Assembly (NCBI GenBank): GCA_038883655.1
Contig: JAVZLQ010000001.1
Span: 256,001 to 320,000 of the forward strand
From: Candidatus Bathyarchaeia archaeon
GTDB lineage: Archaea; Thermoproteota; Bathyarchaeia; Bathyarchaeales; Bathycorpusculaceae
Direction: 5' to 3'
DNA: 64,000 nt
A program made the position numbers and the translations under genes. Shown one piece after another: positions 48,464 through 57,764 of this stretch. The notes under the pieces were generated by a model. That model searched no databases, was not told the DNA's origin, and saw nothing but the letters and a program-made list of their open reading frames with translations. Within the stretch, counting starts at the first letter, position 1. Each line of letters opens with the position of its first letter.

Positions 48464-49555
48464 TTAACACTCTTTTTGGAACTTTTCACAGAATCTTAAA
48501 AGCTGCTTCCTTGTCGGGTGTCTTCCATCAACGCTTGAAATGTAGTAGGCAGCAACAGCATTAGCCAATATCAATCGAGCTTCATCTGAAAGGTCGGAGG
48601 CATACCCAAAAATGTTACCGGCATTCCAAGCGTCACCAGCACCCGTAGCTCTTAAAACTTTAACTTTAAAAGCTGGAACGGTAACCATTTTCCTGTTCGC
48701 AAACGTGGCTGAAAACAGTGTGGTGTGCAAGTCCACCCTAGCTGAAATCTTTGACGCCAAAATTTTCGCGGATTCTCTGGCTAGTTCTTCGATTTCTAAA
48801 CCCTTTTTTGTGCTTTTCAGGGGCTTATCGGCTACTTGTTTTGCGTAGCAAATTGCCTCGTTCTCGTTGACGCTTAATGTGTCCAAATCTCTGCTTCGTA
48901 AAACTCTTTTCACCAGTTTTGGAATTTTCTCCTTGTTTGGTGTGGGGTCTGCAGTGTCATAATATGTTTTGCCCTTGCCACATTTCTTTACGTAATGGAA
49001 AATTCTTTCTGCAAGTTCTGTTCCGAAGCGTCTTGTTCCAGCCCAGTTGAAAACACACACGTAATCTGCATCTCTAATCGCTTCAAAGTCCTTTTCGTTT
49101 AATTGTTGTGGGCTGAAGTCAGCTAGTGAACCTAAATCCCTAAGCATAATGTTTGCTTTGCCGCTTTCGTTCTTTAATTCAAGAGCTGTTGTTGTTGAAG
49201 GTCTTTTACATGTTTTTATGTGCGATAAGTCAACGTTAAGCCTCTTAAAATGAAATTTTAGAAGGTGTGCTCCAAGCTTGGTTGTGCAGATTATTGGTGT
49301 GACTCGTGCACCGAGGCTGGCTAGAGCTGATGCCGTATTTGCGGCATTTCCACCCCTAAAATCTGCTTGTTTAATGTTGTCTATGCTGCCGCCTTTTCTA
49401 TTAGCAACAGCTTCGACTTCTGCTGAAAACTTTTTCGAGTCTTTTTCTAGGTAAATTAGGCGATCTAGGAAAAAGTCTGGCATGACAACCACGTTTAGCC
49501 CGCTGAAATCGTTTCTGAGGCACTCTACAACCTCTTTCAGGGCGTCAGCATACAC
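48464..49555 (-). CDS. PfkB/ribokinase-family carbohydrate kinase
   Basis: GGNAANTA, N..E and TGAGDAWNAG motifs. Confidence 0.88.
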   Translation of the reverse strand: MYADALKEVVECLRNDFSGLNVVVMPDFFLDRLIYLEKDSKKFSAEVEAVANRKGGSIDNIKQADFRGGNAANTASALASLGARVTPIICTTKLGAHLLKFHFKRLNVDLSHIKTCKRPSTTTALELKNESGKANIMLRDLGSLADFSPQQLNEKDFEAIRDADYVCVFNWAGTRRFGTELAERIFHYVKKCGKGKTYYDTADPTPNKEKIPKLVKRVLRSRDLDTLSVNENEAICYAKQVADKPLKSTKKGLEIEELARESAKILASKISARVDLHTTLFSATFANRKMVTVPAFKVKVLRATGAGDAWNAGNIFGYASDLSDEARLILANAVAAYYISSVDGRHPTRKQLLRFCEKFQKEC

Positions 49556-49653
49556 TTTGTCTCACCATGAATGATAATGGACGCTAAACGTAGATAACAC
49601 TTATTAGAAAACTCTACGAATAAGGCATTCCTAACAGCTTAATACAAAAGTGG

Positions 49654-50397
49654 TTGCTGCGCATCATGCAGTCCAAAAAGGTTTTCTTTGCCTCCTTCAT
49701 AATAATCGGGTTTGCAATGAAAATCCTAGCAGAGTTTGTACACGAAGTTCTTGGGCATTCACTTTTCGTTGTATTGTTTGGTGGTGAAATAACAAATCTA
49801 TACATAAGCGTATTATGGCCATACGATTTCTCTTATGTTTTCTGGAACTTACCAAATGCCACGCCAACTCAACTTGCGTGGATTTATGCAAGTGGAATAG
49901 TTGTCTGCCTAATTCTTTCTTTTCTGATTCAAGCCTTCCTAATCCTAAAAAGAGGTTTTCAGTTTCATTTTGAAATAGCCCTTTTCTGGCTTGCCTTCTG
50001 GACTCTTTTAAGTTCTTCTGGTTATCTACTGATTGGCGGCTTGACGCCGTTCAGCGATGTAAGTGCGCTTATTGAGTTGGGGGTTTTGTCGGGTATTTCC
50101 TCTGCACTTCTCGGGCTTGTAGTTTTTGTCATTGGTTTTGTACTGTTGTCTGCGGTTCTTCGTAGGATATTGTTTGGGGTTTTTTCCGCGAAGAGGGCAA
50201 TGTTGGGCGTTGCTGTTTTTTGGCTTATAATCCCATTTTTGGTGGTTGTTATGGTTTTTAGTCCCGAGAGAAATCTGAATTTGGTTTATTTGCCTTTGGC
50301 TTTCGTTCCAGCTTTAACTTCATTTCTTATGGAACGTTTCATTTTTGCCTCAAAGCACGAAGTCGATGCATGTCCAGATTATGTCTCCGATGAATAA
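49654..50397 (+). CDS. M50/site-2-protease-like membrane metalloprotease
   Basis: HEVLGH in the first TM; downstream GY...PFSD; about 7 TM. Confidence 0.65.
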   Translation: MLRIMQSKKVFFASFIIIGFAMKILAEFVHEVLGHSLFVVLFGGEITNLYISVLWPYDFSYVFWNLPNATPTQLAWIYASGIVVCLILSFLIQAFLILKRGFQFHFEIALFWLAFWTLLSSSGYLLIGGLTPFSDVSALIELGVLSGISSALLGLVVFVIGFVLLSAVLRRILFGVFSAKRAMLGVAVFWLIIPFLVVVMVFSPERNLNLVYLPLAFVPALTSFLMERFIFASKHEVDACPDYVSDE

Positions 50398-51162
50398 GCC
50401 TATTATCAAACCAGCTGTGATGAAAATTAGCATTGGCAATCCGGGCGTGGCCCAAACAGTGCCTTGAATTTTTCCAGAGTTGGCAGCTCTTTCCAGTCTT
50501 TCTATTATAGCGCTTCTTTCCTCATCCTTTGGTATTACCACGAGTTTTCGCTTGAACCCTTCAGCGTTTTCTTCAACGTCTTCCATTGGGTATAGATGCC
50601 ATTTTTCCTTAAGTTTTTGGATTGGCATTTTGTAGCTTGTTACTAGGACGAGAATTTTCTTTCCAGCAGATTCACCCTTAAACTCTTCGAAAAGTTTTTT
50701 GCCGCCCTTTTTGTGCCATGCAATGTTGTAGAGGAGCATGTAGATTGCCGTGGCTGCCGCTAATAGGACTGAGTTGTTGAAAACTGTTAGTGGGAAGAAG
50801 GTTCTTGCTATTGGCGAGATTTCCTTAAAGATCGGTGTGAAAATGTTTTGTGGGTAGAATGGTAGTGCAAGCGCTAGGCACATAAGGGCTTTTGCGTCTG
50901 CACCTCCAAAACCTCCAGCGTAAAAGAGTATTATGGCGAGAGCTGCTGTTAAACCGAAGGATAAGCCATAAAATTGAAGCACTTGAAAATCTTCGTAGAT
51001 GACCAGTTCAGTAATGGTTAATGCGAATGCTAGTGGCGCATAGAATATCCAGACGCTGTTGCTTACTTCGCGCGTTTTATAGTCGCTCCATGAAGCGTAA
51101 AATAGGAAAAACAAGCTTATGGCAGTTCTTGTTATGCTGAATAGTTCTTGCAAGGCGCACAC
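50350..51162 (-). CDS. A24 prepilin/prearchaellin peptidase (PibD/FlaK-like)
   Basis: ASWSDYKTREV (first Asp), GGADAKAL (second Asp); C-terminal VWATPGLPM. Confidence 0.92.
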   Translation of the reverse strand: MCALQELFSITRTAISLFFLFYASWSDYKTREVSNSVWIFYAPLAFALTITELVIYEDFQVLQFYGLSFGLTAALAIILFYAGGFGGADAKALMCLALALPFYPQNIFTPIFKEISPIARTFFPLTVFNNSVLLAAATAIYMLLYNIAWHKKGGKKLFEEFKGESAGKKILVLVTSYKMPIQKLKEKWHLYPMEDVEENAEGFKRKLVVIPKDEERSAIIERLERAANSGKIQGTVWATPGLPMLIFITAGLIIGLFIGDIIWTCIDFVL

Positions 51163-51246
51163 CGCTGGATAATAATCTGATTTTGGTTTTGTTAACGGTT
51201 AAAATAGAATTGAGGGATAAGTTCTAAAATGTTTCTGAGAAACTGG

Positions 51247-51699
51247 TTAGGTCAGTGGTGCCTGCTCCGAGAATGGACCTAGTGGCTGTTGCCCTGCTGA
51301 TGGTATGATTTTGAAGTAGTATACGGTTCCGGGATTCCATTCAAATGTTACAGTGAGTCTAACTATTTGCCCTGCGGGGAGTGGTTCTGGAAGCGATGGG
51401 GTTGTTGTTTGATTTTGTAGTGTTGCGGGTGATGTTCCTATGTAAACTTGGATTATTTGCGTATCTGATGTTCCAGAGTTTCCAACGTCAATATCTATTT
51501 TTTTGGTTCCCGCGTCTGTATAGAAGCGCACATTCGCCTTATACAGTACCACGCCTGCATGTTCGCCTGCCCTGCTCATGTATGTCATTATCCACGCGTA
51601 TGTCACGACTATTGCTGCTACTGCGATTACTATGAGTAAGAGTGTTGCGAGTATGGGCGATATGGCCTCTTTGGACTTTAACATTTTTTGTTTTGGCAT
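51247..51699 (-). CDS. Archaeal type IV pilin (probable major pilin)
   Basis: Class III signal peptide KSKEA|ISPILATLLLIVIAVAA; GGTGA RBS before the ATG at 51699. Confidence 0.88.
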   Translation of the reverse strand: MPKQKMLKSKEAISPILATLLLIVIAVAAIVVTYAWIMTYMSRAGEHAGVVLYKANVRFYTDAGTKKIDIDVGNSGTSDTQIIQVYIGTSPATLQNQTTTPSLPEPLPAGQIVRLTVTFEWNPGTVYYFKIIPSAGQQPLGPFSEQAPLT

Positions 51700-51790
51700 G
51701 GTGTTTTCACCCATTTGCTGTTTAGGAAATCTAGCGATTACTTATTTAACTTGTATGAACTTGAAATCAACATTCCAAATTAATTTGAGG

Positions 51791-53752
51791 CTAGTTTTCC
51801 GTAGTCACGGTTATTGTTGGTGGATATTCGACTAGAACCCACAATCCGCTGCCATTGTTTTTATAGATTGGCGTGTAGCTTGCTCCGTCAAAGGTTACTA
51901 CTGCGCCGTACCATGTTACGTCTAGAGCGTATGTGAAGTTGGCTGGAGCGTTTAGGGTTTGGGCTACTGGAAGTAGCTCAATCAATCGCGAAGTAGAGTT
52001 TGCGTAGAGGGCTCCAGTGTTGTTTCCAGCTATTGAGTCAAAACGGTACAACATCATGTTTGCGCTGTCTGTGAACATTATTCCAAATCCTCTTGTTGCG
52101 CTTACGTTAATTTGGCTCCAGTGGTGCTGCCAAACGCCAGACATGTTATAGAACAAGCCTGACCCGCTGTAAACGGATGTACCATCTTCTGTCAACGCGG
52201 AAAAATTGCCAGATGACGTTGTTGTTATTCTAATTGGGCATAGATCCGTGATGTTTCTTTTTTGTTGTGAGTCTAGAAACATTAAGCGTAATTGGTAAGT
52301 GTAGTACGTGGCGTTTGCAGGAAGCGTCAAAACAATGTGCGCATAGACGTTTGGACACAGACCACCAGCGACGCCACCTCCATCCCATTCAACTTCATGT
52401 TGCAGAACCACCCTAACTGGACCGTTTGTAATTGCGTACATGGGTTCTGAATGTCCATAATGTGCATAATCTTGGTTGATTCGCATGAATACCGCGGTAG
52501 CCGTGAACCCTCCTCTGGTTGATATTACACTGAATCTATTGTTGTCGCTGAAACTTATTCTTAGGTTTAAGATTGTGTTTGTTAAAGTTCTTTGGCTGGA
52601 ATCAGTGTTGACTGTGAAATATCTGTTTGTGTAGGCGTTTGGTGTTTGGGTTGCTGTGTCGCTTCCGTTCCACCATATTATAACTTTTGTGACATTTGGG
52701 TTTACTAGGAAGACTAGCATGTTTCTGTTGTTGAAAATGCTAGCGTTGTTTGCTAGGCTTAGAGGCACCATATAGTCTGAAGCCCAATCTTCAATTTGGA
52801 ATGGCACTTCTTGGTTTACGCCGTTTATGGTTTGGTTGACACGTATTGCCTTTAGTGGTATTGGTGGAATAGGTTTAGCTTGTGTTGTTAATTGTAGGTT
52901 TTGTCCAAGCCATCGCATTGTGCCATTCTGCAATAGCTCCACGACTATTGTTGCGTCCACGGCGTTCTTTAGTGATTGGTAAATTGTTTCATTCCAGTTT
53001 ATTTCGCATATGTAGCGACTGAATGATGCGGCTACCACTACTAAGCCTCTTGGGTCTTGCACTTGCACGACATATGAGTATGGGTCTATTTCTGAAAGCC
53101 TGGGGTCGGTCATGTTGATTAAGTATGTGCCATTTGCGTAAGCCTCTATGCTTGTATCATAGAGTGGGCTTACTGGCATCCATGTGGAGTTTTCGTAGAT
53201 GTAACGGTAAAATTTGAAGTTGTCCTTTCCAAGGTTTATGACCGCTTCGCCCTCATCCTTTTTGACCATAATCACCGCTTGATTATTGGCTGTGGTGTTT
53301 CCAATTTCCACCATGAGCTTGCACGAGGTGTCATAACTTATTCCGTAAATTCCCAATCCAGTTAGGCTATAGTTTACTTTTAGATATGCTGTGCTATAAC
53401 TTGAGTTTGTAAACCAATACGTTGTCATGTTTATGTTGTCTACCTTGAATGAGGCGCCCCATTCTGGATGCATGTTTGCTATGTGGGCTAGACCACTTTG
53501 GAAATATCCCAGCGCCAAATCCCTCGCGTAAGTGTTGTTTCCAGTAACCTGCAAAACCGAACCATAATAGCCAACAGTGAAGCCCAGAACCTGTTTTAAG
53601 GCAACAATTGTTTCATCGATAGCGCTTAATATTTGGGCTTCATTTTGCACTGGACTGTTGCGAATAGACGAATAAGTCATTATAACAGTGGCTATGAGGA
53701 TTACAGCCACAAACAACGCAGCAATAATTGTGAACTGTCCCTTGTTGTTCAT
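51791..53752 (-). CDS. Large pilin-like surface protein
   Basis: MNNKG|QFTIIAALFVAVIL class III signal; long Asn/Thr-rich beta region with many N-x-S/T sequons. Confidence 0.75.
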   Translation of the reverse strand: MNNKGQFTIIAALFVAVILIATVIMTYSSIRNSPVQNEAQILSAIDETIVALKQVLGFTVGYYGSVLQVTGNNTYARDLALGYFQSGLAHIANMHPEWGASFKVDNINMTTYWFTNSSYSTAYLKVNYSLTGLGIYGISYDTSCKLMVEIGNTTANNQAVIMVKKDEGEAVINLGKDNFKFYRYIYENSTWMPVSPLYDTSIEAYANGTYLINMTDPRLSEIDPYSYVVQVQDPRGLVVVAASFSRYICEINWNETIYQSLKNAVDATIVVELLQNGTMRWLGQNLQLTTQAKPIPPIPLKAIRVNQTINGVNQEVPFQIEDWASDYMVPLSLANNASIFNNRNMLVFLVNPNVTKVIIWWNGSDTATQTPNAYTNRYFTVNTDSSQRTLTNTILNLRISFSDNNRFSVISTRGGFTATAVFMRINQDYAHYGHSEPMYAITNGPVRVVLQHEVEWDGGGVAGGLCPNVYAHIVLTLPANATYYTYQLRLMFLDSQQKRNITDLCPIRITTTSSGNFSALTEDGTSVYSGSGLFYNMSGVWQHHWSQINVSATRGFGIMFTDSANMMLYRFDSIAGNNTGALYANSTSRLIELLPVAQTLNAPANFTYALDVTWYGAVVTFDGASYTPIYKNNGSGLWVLVEYPPTITVTTEN

Positions 53753-53753
53753 G

Positions 53754-55118
53754 TTAAATTCCTCCAGTTTGCCCAAGCTGCAAAACAACAAGCCTAGTCG
53801 CGTTAGCAGCCGTATACTGCAAAGGATAAAGCCTAGGCTTATAATAAGAAAGGAGACCGAGCGCTGTGAGTCTGATGTCCGGCGTTCTTGTCAGACCTAA
53901 CGCCATTAAAGAACCTGTTATGTTCACGCCCTCTTTGTGCAAATACATGGCTCCGGGACTATAAAGAATATTGTTTTTAGTAGCGTTGTTAAATATGCAT
54001 AGTCCAATCGATAAGCCATAATCTATTGTTAAAACAGTTAATTTTAATGCCCTCGTTGAGGTTTGACTAATAGCGGGATATATTCCGTAGTAATTGCAAG
54101 AATCTAAAACTTGTGTGGCTAGAGTTACAAGCCCGACATTTTCAATAATTCCTGTACTGTTATATTGGTAAGGTTTACCACTTAATCCCTGCAAGAAAGC
54201 AATTATTCCGCCCTGATAGACTTTTTGCATTCCATAGATACCATATGTGTTTTCTTCATTAAGAAAGACTTCCATGTTACTCACATAATACAATGGGTAT
54301 CCAACGATGCTAACCCATGTCCAATTAAATTGGCGTGTTTTTTGCCCAAGGGTATAACAATAACGGGTATAATTAATTGTCATACCGACTGCGGGGTCAT
54401 AGTACGGCGCGTAACCTTCATTTTGTCGTTCATGACCTTGGCAGTATTCTGTTGGTATTGGTACTGCTTCTCCGAAAGTGTTTATGACCACCGCGTTTTG
54501 TACTGTTTCGCCCTCGATTGATGTACCATTCAGTATCTTTCCCAAGTCTGTTGTGTTTTGTACCATTATTGTTGTTTTGAAGTATGGTGATAGCAAATTG
54601 TACAAGTCCTGTGCTAAGGTGTGCGCCGTGTAGCCTGTAATCCACCATCCGCGTGCGTCGCTGCAATTCAATATATATAGGGTTCCTCCGACTCCGCTTT
54701 CCCCAATCTTTTCTGGAATAAACTTGAAAGTAACATTCGACGAAGCAACAAGATACGACGACGCGTCAGAGCCTATACCCAAACTTTCAGCATTCGAAAT
54801 CGACTTTTTAAGCGAATAAAGCTGGGTTCCACCATCCGTCAAAATCGCATAAACAGTCAAATTATAAACAATGTTAGGAGGCAAACAAGCAGAAAGCGCA
54901 ACTTGGAGGTCACCCCAAGCCGGATCGTTTGGATCTAAAAAGACTATCCTACTCAAATCGTAGTTAACATCCAAAATCTCAAGAGTCGTGGCAGCAAGCA
55001 TCCTAAGGTTTTGCGGCGAAACCCGCCTTGGCACTGGAAGAACAGCGAAAAAAGAGGAAATAGTAAAAGCCCCAGCAATAATAACTATCACAAGCAAAAC
55101 CTCAACTGTGCGCATCAT
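53754..55118 (-). CDS. Pilin-like protein without a basic leader
   Basis: MMRTVEVLLVIVII N-terminal hydrophobic helix with Glu; within the pilus operon. Confidence 0.65.
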   Translation of the reverse strand: MMRTVEVLLVIVIIAGAFTISSFFAVLPVPRRVSPQNLRMLAATTLEILDVNYDLSRIVFLDPNDPAWGDLQVALSACLPPNIVYNLTVYAILTDGGTQLYSLKKSISNAESLGIGSDASSYLVASSNVTFKFIPEKIGESGVGGTLYILNCSDARGWWITGYTAHTLAQDLYNLLSPYFKTTIMVQNTTDLGKILNGTSIEGETVQNAVVINTFGEAVPIPTEYCQGHERQNEGYAPYYDPAVGMTINYTRYCYTLGQKTRQFNWTWVSIVGYPLYYVSNMEVFLNEENTYGIYGMQKVYQGGIIAFLQGLSGKPYQYNSTGIIENVGLVTLATQVLDSCNYYGIYPAISQTSTRALKLTVLTIDYGLSIGLCIFNNATKNNILYSPGAMYLHKEGVNITGSLMALGLTRTPDIRLTALGLLSYYKPRLYPLQYTAANATRLVVLQLGQTGGI

Positions 55119-55121
55119 CGC

Positions 55122-56375
55122 CTAACCCACCACCTGAAAACCACCCAAACTCCACAACTCAAGCTTAGCCTGGTAGGCGATGTTACTAACCATTACCTGA
55201 CGAATGTCTGTGACAACCCATTCTTTTCCAGAAGAATCCTCACCGAAAACAACAGGAAAAGACAGTGCACTTAAACCCCAAGGCATCAAAACAACACCAG
55301 AATCTTTCGGGTTTGCACTTTTCCTATAAGTAACAACTAGAATGCCTGGGTTGTATGTGGGTATTGTAATTCTCTCGTATGTATGCGGATCATTGCCATA
55401 GTTTAATAGTCCCACTCTTCCTGCACCTAATGGTATTTCACGTAACGCGAAATCTTCCGTTAACAACACAAAAGTAGCATTGTATGTGATGGCTGCAGGG
55501 TTATCTCCTCCATGGACATCCCAACTATGTGCAAGCAAAACCTCCCCACTGCCATTACCAAAATTGGAAATGAATGGAACTACATAGTTCTCCTTGTATA
55601 ACACGTGTTCATAATAGCCAGTTCCGATTAATCCGCAATGACGGACGTAAACAATCAATACGTATGACTCTTTTGTTTCGTCAACTGTGGGGAAACTTAA
55701 TGAAGCTGAACCTTTCGCGTCCGTAACAGCGCTTCCGTATCTTGTGATAAACGCTGGATAATTTTGCTCTCCTCCGGTGGGTAAGACGGTAATTAGACAG
55801 TAACTTACAATTGCATTTGGAAGCGGAAAACCTGCTCCTTTTACATCCACGGATAACATTAGAGGTTTAGACTGTAGTTTTGAAATGGAGACTGTTACGA
55901 TGGGCATGATGGTTAACCGGAAACCATAAGTTCCATTTATCCCAAGTAAACGCGTTACAAAGGAATAGTTAATCGCTTCGCTTGATGGAACAAATAAGAA
56001 ATTACCAAACCCAATCGTTATGTTGCTATAATACTCCCCCGTTTTCGGATAATAAACGGGCATTCCATATAAAGACCACAACCTCATAAGCGAAAATGGA
56101 CTTAGTTTATACTGCGCAAATGTGGGAGACTGCCTAACGATCGGGTCTTGTAAACCGAATCCGTATGGTGTGCAGTTGCTTGTTCCCCAATCATCGGGAA
56201 TGCCGGGGCTTAGAAGAATATTATCTAGTAGGTCGCTACATTTTGTCGCCAGATACCTGTGCTGCTGGTATAGGACTGCGGTTTGGATTGTTTGGTTGAA
56301 TAGGCTTATGAAGAGCAGTATAGCGCCTAAGAAAACCATGGTGGCAACCAAATGATCTATTGTCGAGCCCGTCAT
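55122..56375 (-). CDS. Pilin-like protein without a basic leader
   Basis: MTGSTIDHLVATMVFL N-terminal helix; LL.PG.P.DW motif typical of archaeal pilus-associated proteins. Confidence 0.65.
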   Translation of the reverse strand: MTGSTIDHLVATMVFLGAILLFISLFNQTIQTAVLYQQHRYLATKCSDLLDNILLSPGIPDDWGTSNCTPYGFGLQDPIVRQSPTFAQYKLSPFSLMRLWSLYGMPVYYPKTGEYYSNITIGFGNFLFVPSSEAINYSFVTRLLGINGTYGFRLTIMPIVTVSISKLQSKPLMLSVDVKGAGFPLPNAIVSYCLITVLPTGGEQNYPAFITRYGSAVTDAKGSASLSFPTVDETKESYVLIVYVRHCGLIGTGYYEHVLYKENYVVPFISNFGNGSGEVLLAHSWDVHGGDNPAAITYNATFVLLTEDFALREIPLGAGRVGLLNYGNDPHTYERITIPTYNPGILVVTYRKSANPKDSGVVLMPWGLSALSFPVVFGEDSSGKEWVVTDIRQVMVSNIAYQAKLELWSLGGFQVVG

Positions 56376-56391
56376 AATACCATCATCCCTA

Positions 56392-56883
56392 TCAACCCGT
56401 GAAAGAAAGCCTTATCATAACGTTCTCTTCGCTCACGATTTTTTCCGCTTTTATTCCAGCATTCAGCGAATTGCTCACAAAAGTGGAGTTTTGCCACTCA
56501 ACATTGTTTCCCAAAACAACCATAATGTGCGTGGTGACTCCAAAATTCTGCAGAGTTAACGTTATCTCTAAGATCTTGCTTGAACCTAGGGCTGGATCCA
56601 ACGCTGTTCTTAATGTCGCATTTCCAATGTACGGAAAATTATCTATTAATGGTGGAACAGGCGACTTAAGTGTAACCGTTCCAGCCAGTATCTCTTCTTC
56701 GTTTAAGGTGAAGTATAACTGCTGGATTGTGCTTCCCAAGTGGCTTGCAGCATCCTGAAGCGCAATAGTCCTACGATTATCTGTCCACATATTCATAATC
56801 CAGTTTGTTGTTAATGGAAAAAGTAGAATCTGCAAAATCAAAACTGGAACCATTATAACATATTCTATTGCTATATGCGCCAT
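56392..56883 (-). CDS. Small pilin-like protein without a basic leader
   Basis: MAHIAIEYVIMVPVLIL resembles the mature QxSxEY pilin N-terminus. Confidence 0.65.
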   Translation of the reverse strand: MAHIAIEYVIMVPVLILQILLFPLTTNWIMNMWTDNRRTIALQDAASHLGSTIQQLYFTLNEEEILAGTVTLKSPVPPLIDNFPYIGNATLRTALDPALGSSKILEITLTLQNFGVTTHIMVVLGNNVEWQNSTFVSNSLNAGIKAEKIVSEENVMIRLSFTG

Positions 56884-56895
56884 ACAGCAATCACC

Positions 56896-57756
56896 CTAAC
56901 CATGCAAACCTAAATTCACGAGTACCTCCGCGATGTAAACCTCAACAACGGAGCCATCCCGTACATCATAAACCGCCGAATCGCTTTCAAAATTGAAGAA
57001 GTCAGAAGTAAAACCCAACGCAGCATTCGGAAATGTGACATTTACCCTAACCGCGTCGACATTCGTTTCGGCTATTCTGTAAACATTTTGTCCAGTAATC
57101 GTTATGGATTGTGAGTTACGTGGACTCTGCCCAACTATCAATACGGGCAGATAAATTTTGACATAGTTGGTTGTGTTTGAACCAATTGTTACGGTTGAAT
57201 TCAGCACTCTTATTATTGGCGCAACAACAATCCTTACATAATCTCCATCGGGCATAAGCAATTTCTCAACAATAAAAACTCGGGTAACAGGCGCTGATGT
57301 TCCATTCAAAAGGAAGGAGCCATTCCCGGATGGGGATATCAACTCGAAATACTCATTGCTAAACGAATATCTACTTGCTGGCATGTTAAAAGTAATGATT
57401 CCCGTTAATTTAGTCGCCAAAAGCTTCCACGTTGAACCCATTTTTGCTTCGATGCTATAGTTAAGTGCAACATCGAACTTTACAAAACCATACTTGCTTG
57501 CATAACGAAGTGTTTGCGTTCGTCCAACAGTCCAGGCGACATCATCCACCTGAAGTCCAACTGTTTGCATGAACTGCTTTATAGCGTTAAACTCGTTTTC
57601 AGCAAGTCGAGCCGTAAGGAAGTTGTTTGCAAAAACTGTTGTCACAAGAAGTAAAACTACAATAGCGCCTGTCAATATTACAGTTGAAATAGCTGGGCTA
57701 ACTGCTTTTTTGTCCTTTTCCATTCTGGAATTGAGCGAAATTCGATTTTTCTTCAT
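56896..57756 (-). CDS. Type IV pilin-like protein
   Basis: KDKKA|VSPAISTVILTG class III signal peptide. Confidence 0.8.
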   Translation of the reverse strand: MKKNRISLNSRMEKDKKAVSPAISTVILTGAIVVLLLVTTVFANNFLTARLAENEFNAIKQFMQTVGLQVDDVAWTVGRTQTLRYASKYGFVKFDVALNYSIEAKMGSTWKLLATKLTGIITFNMPASRYSFSNEYFELISPSGNGSFLLNGTSAPVTRVFIVEKLLMPDGDYVRIVVAPIIRVLNSTVTIGSNTTNYVKIYLPVLIVGQSPRNSQSITITGQNVYRIAETNVDAVRVNVTFPNAALGFTSDFFNFESDSAVYDVRDGSVVEVYIAEVLVNLGLHG

Positions 57757-57764
57757 TTCTCCCC

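Noticed and set aside
55116-55124. In-frame TAG-GCG-ATG junction between two pilin-like genes, suggesting amber (pyrrolysine) readthrough
   Set aside because: TAG is the normal stop of many conserved genes here (proC, rpl39e, rpl31e, ftsY); no pyl genes are present; the downstream ORF has its own N-terminal helix
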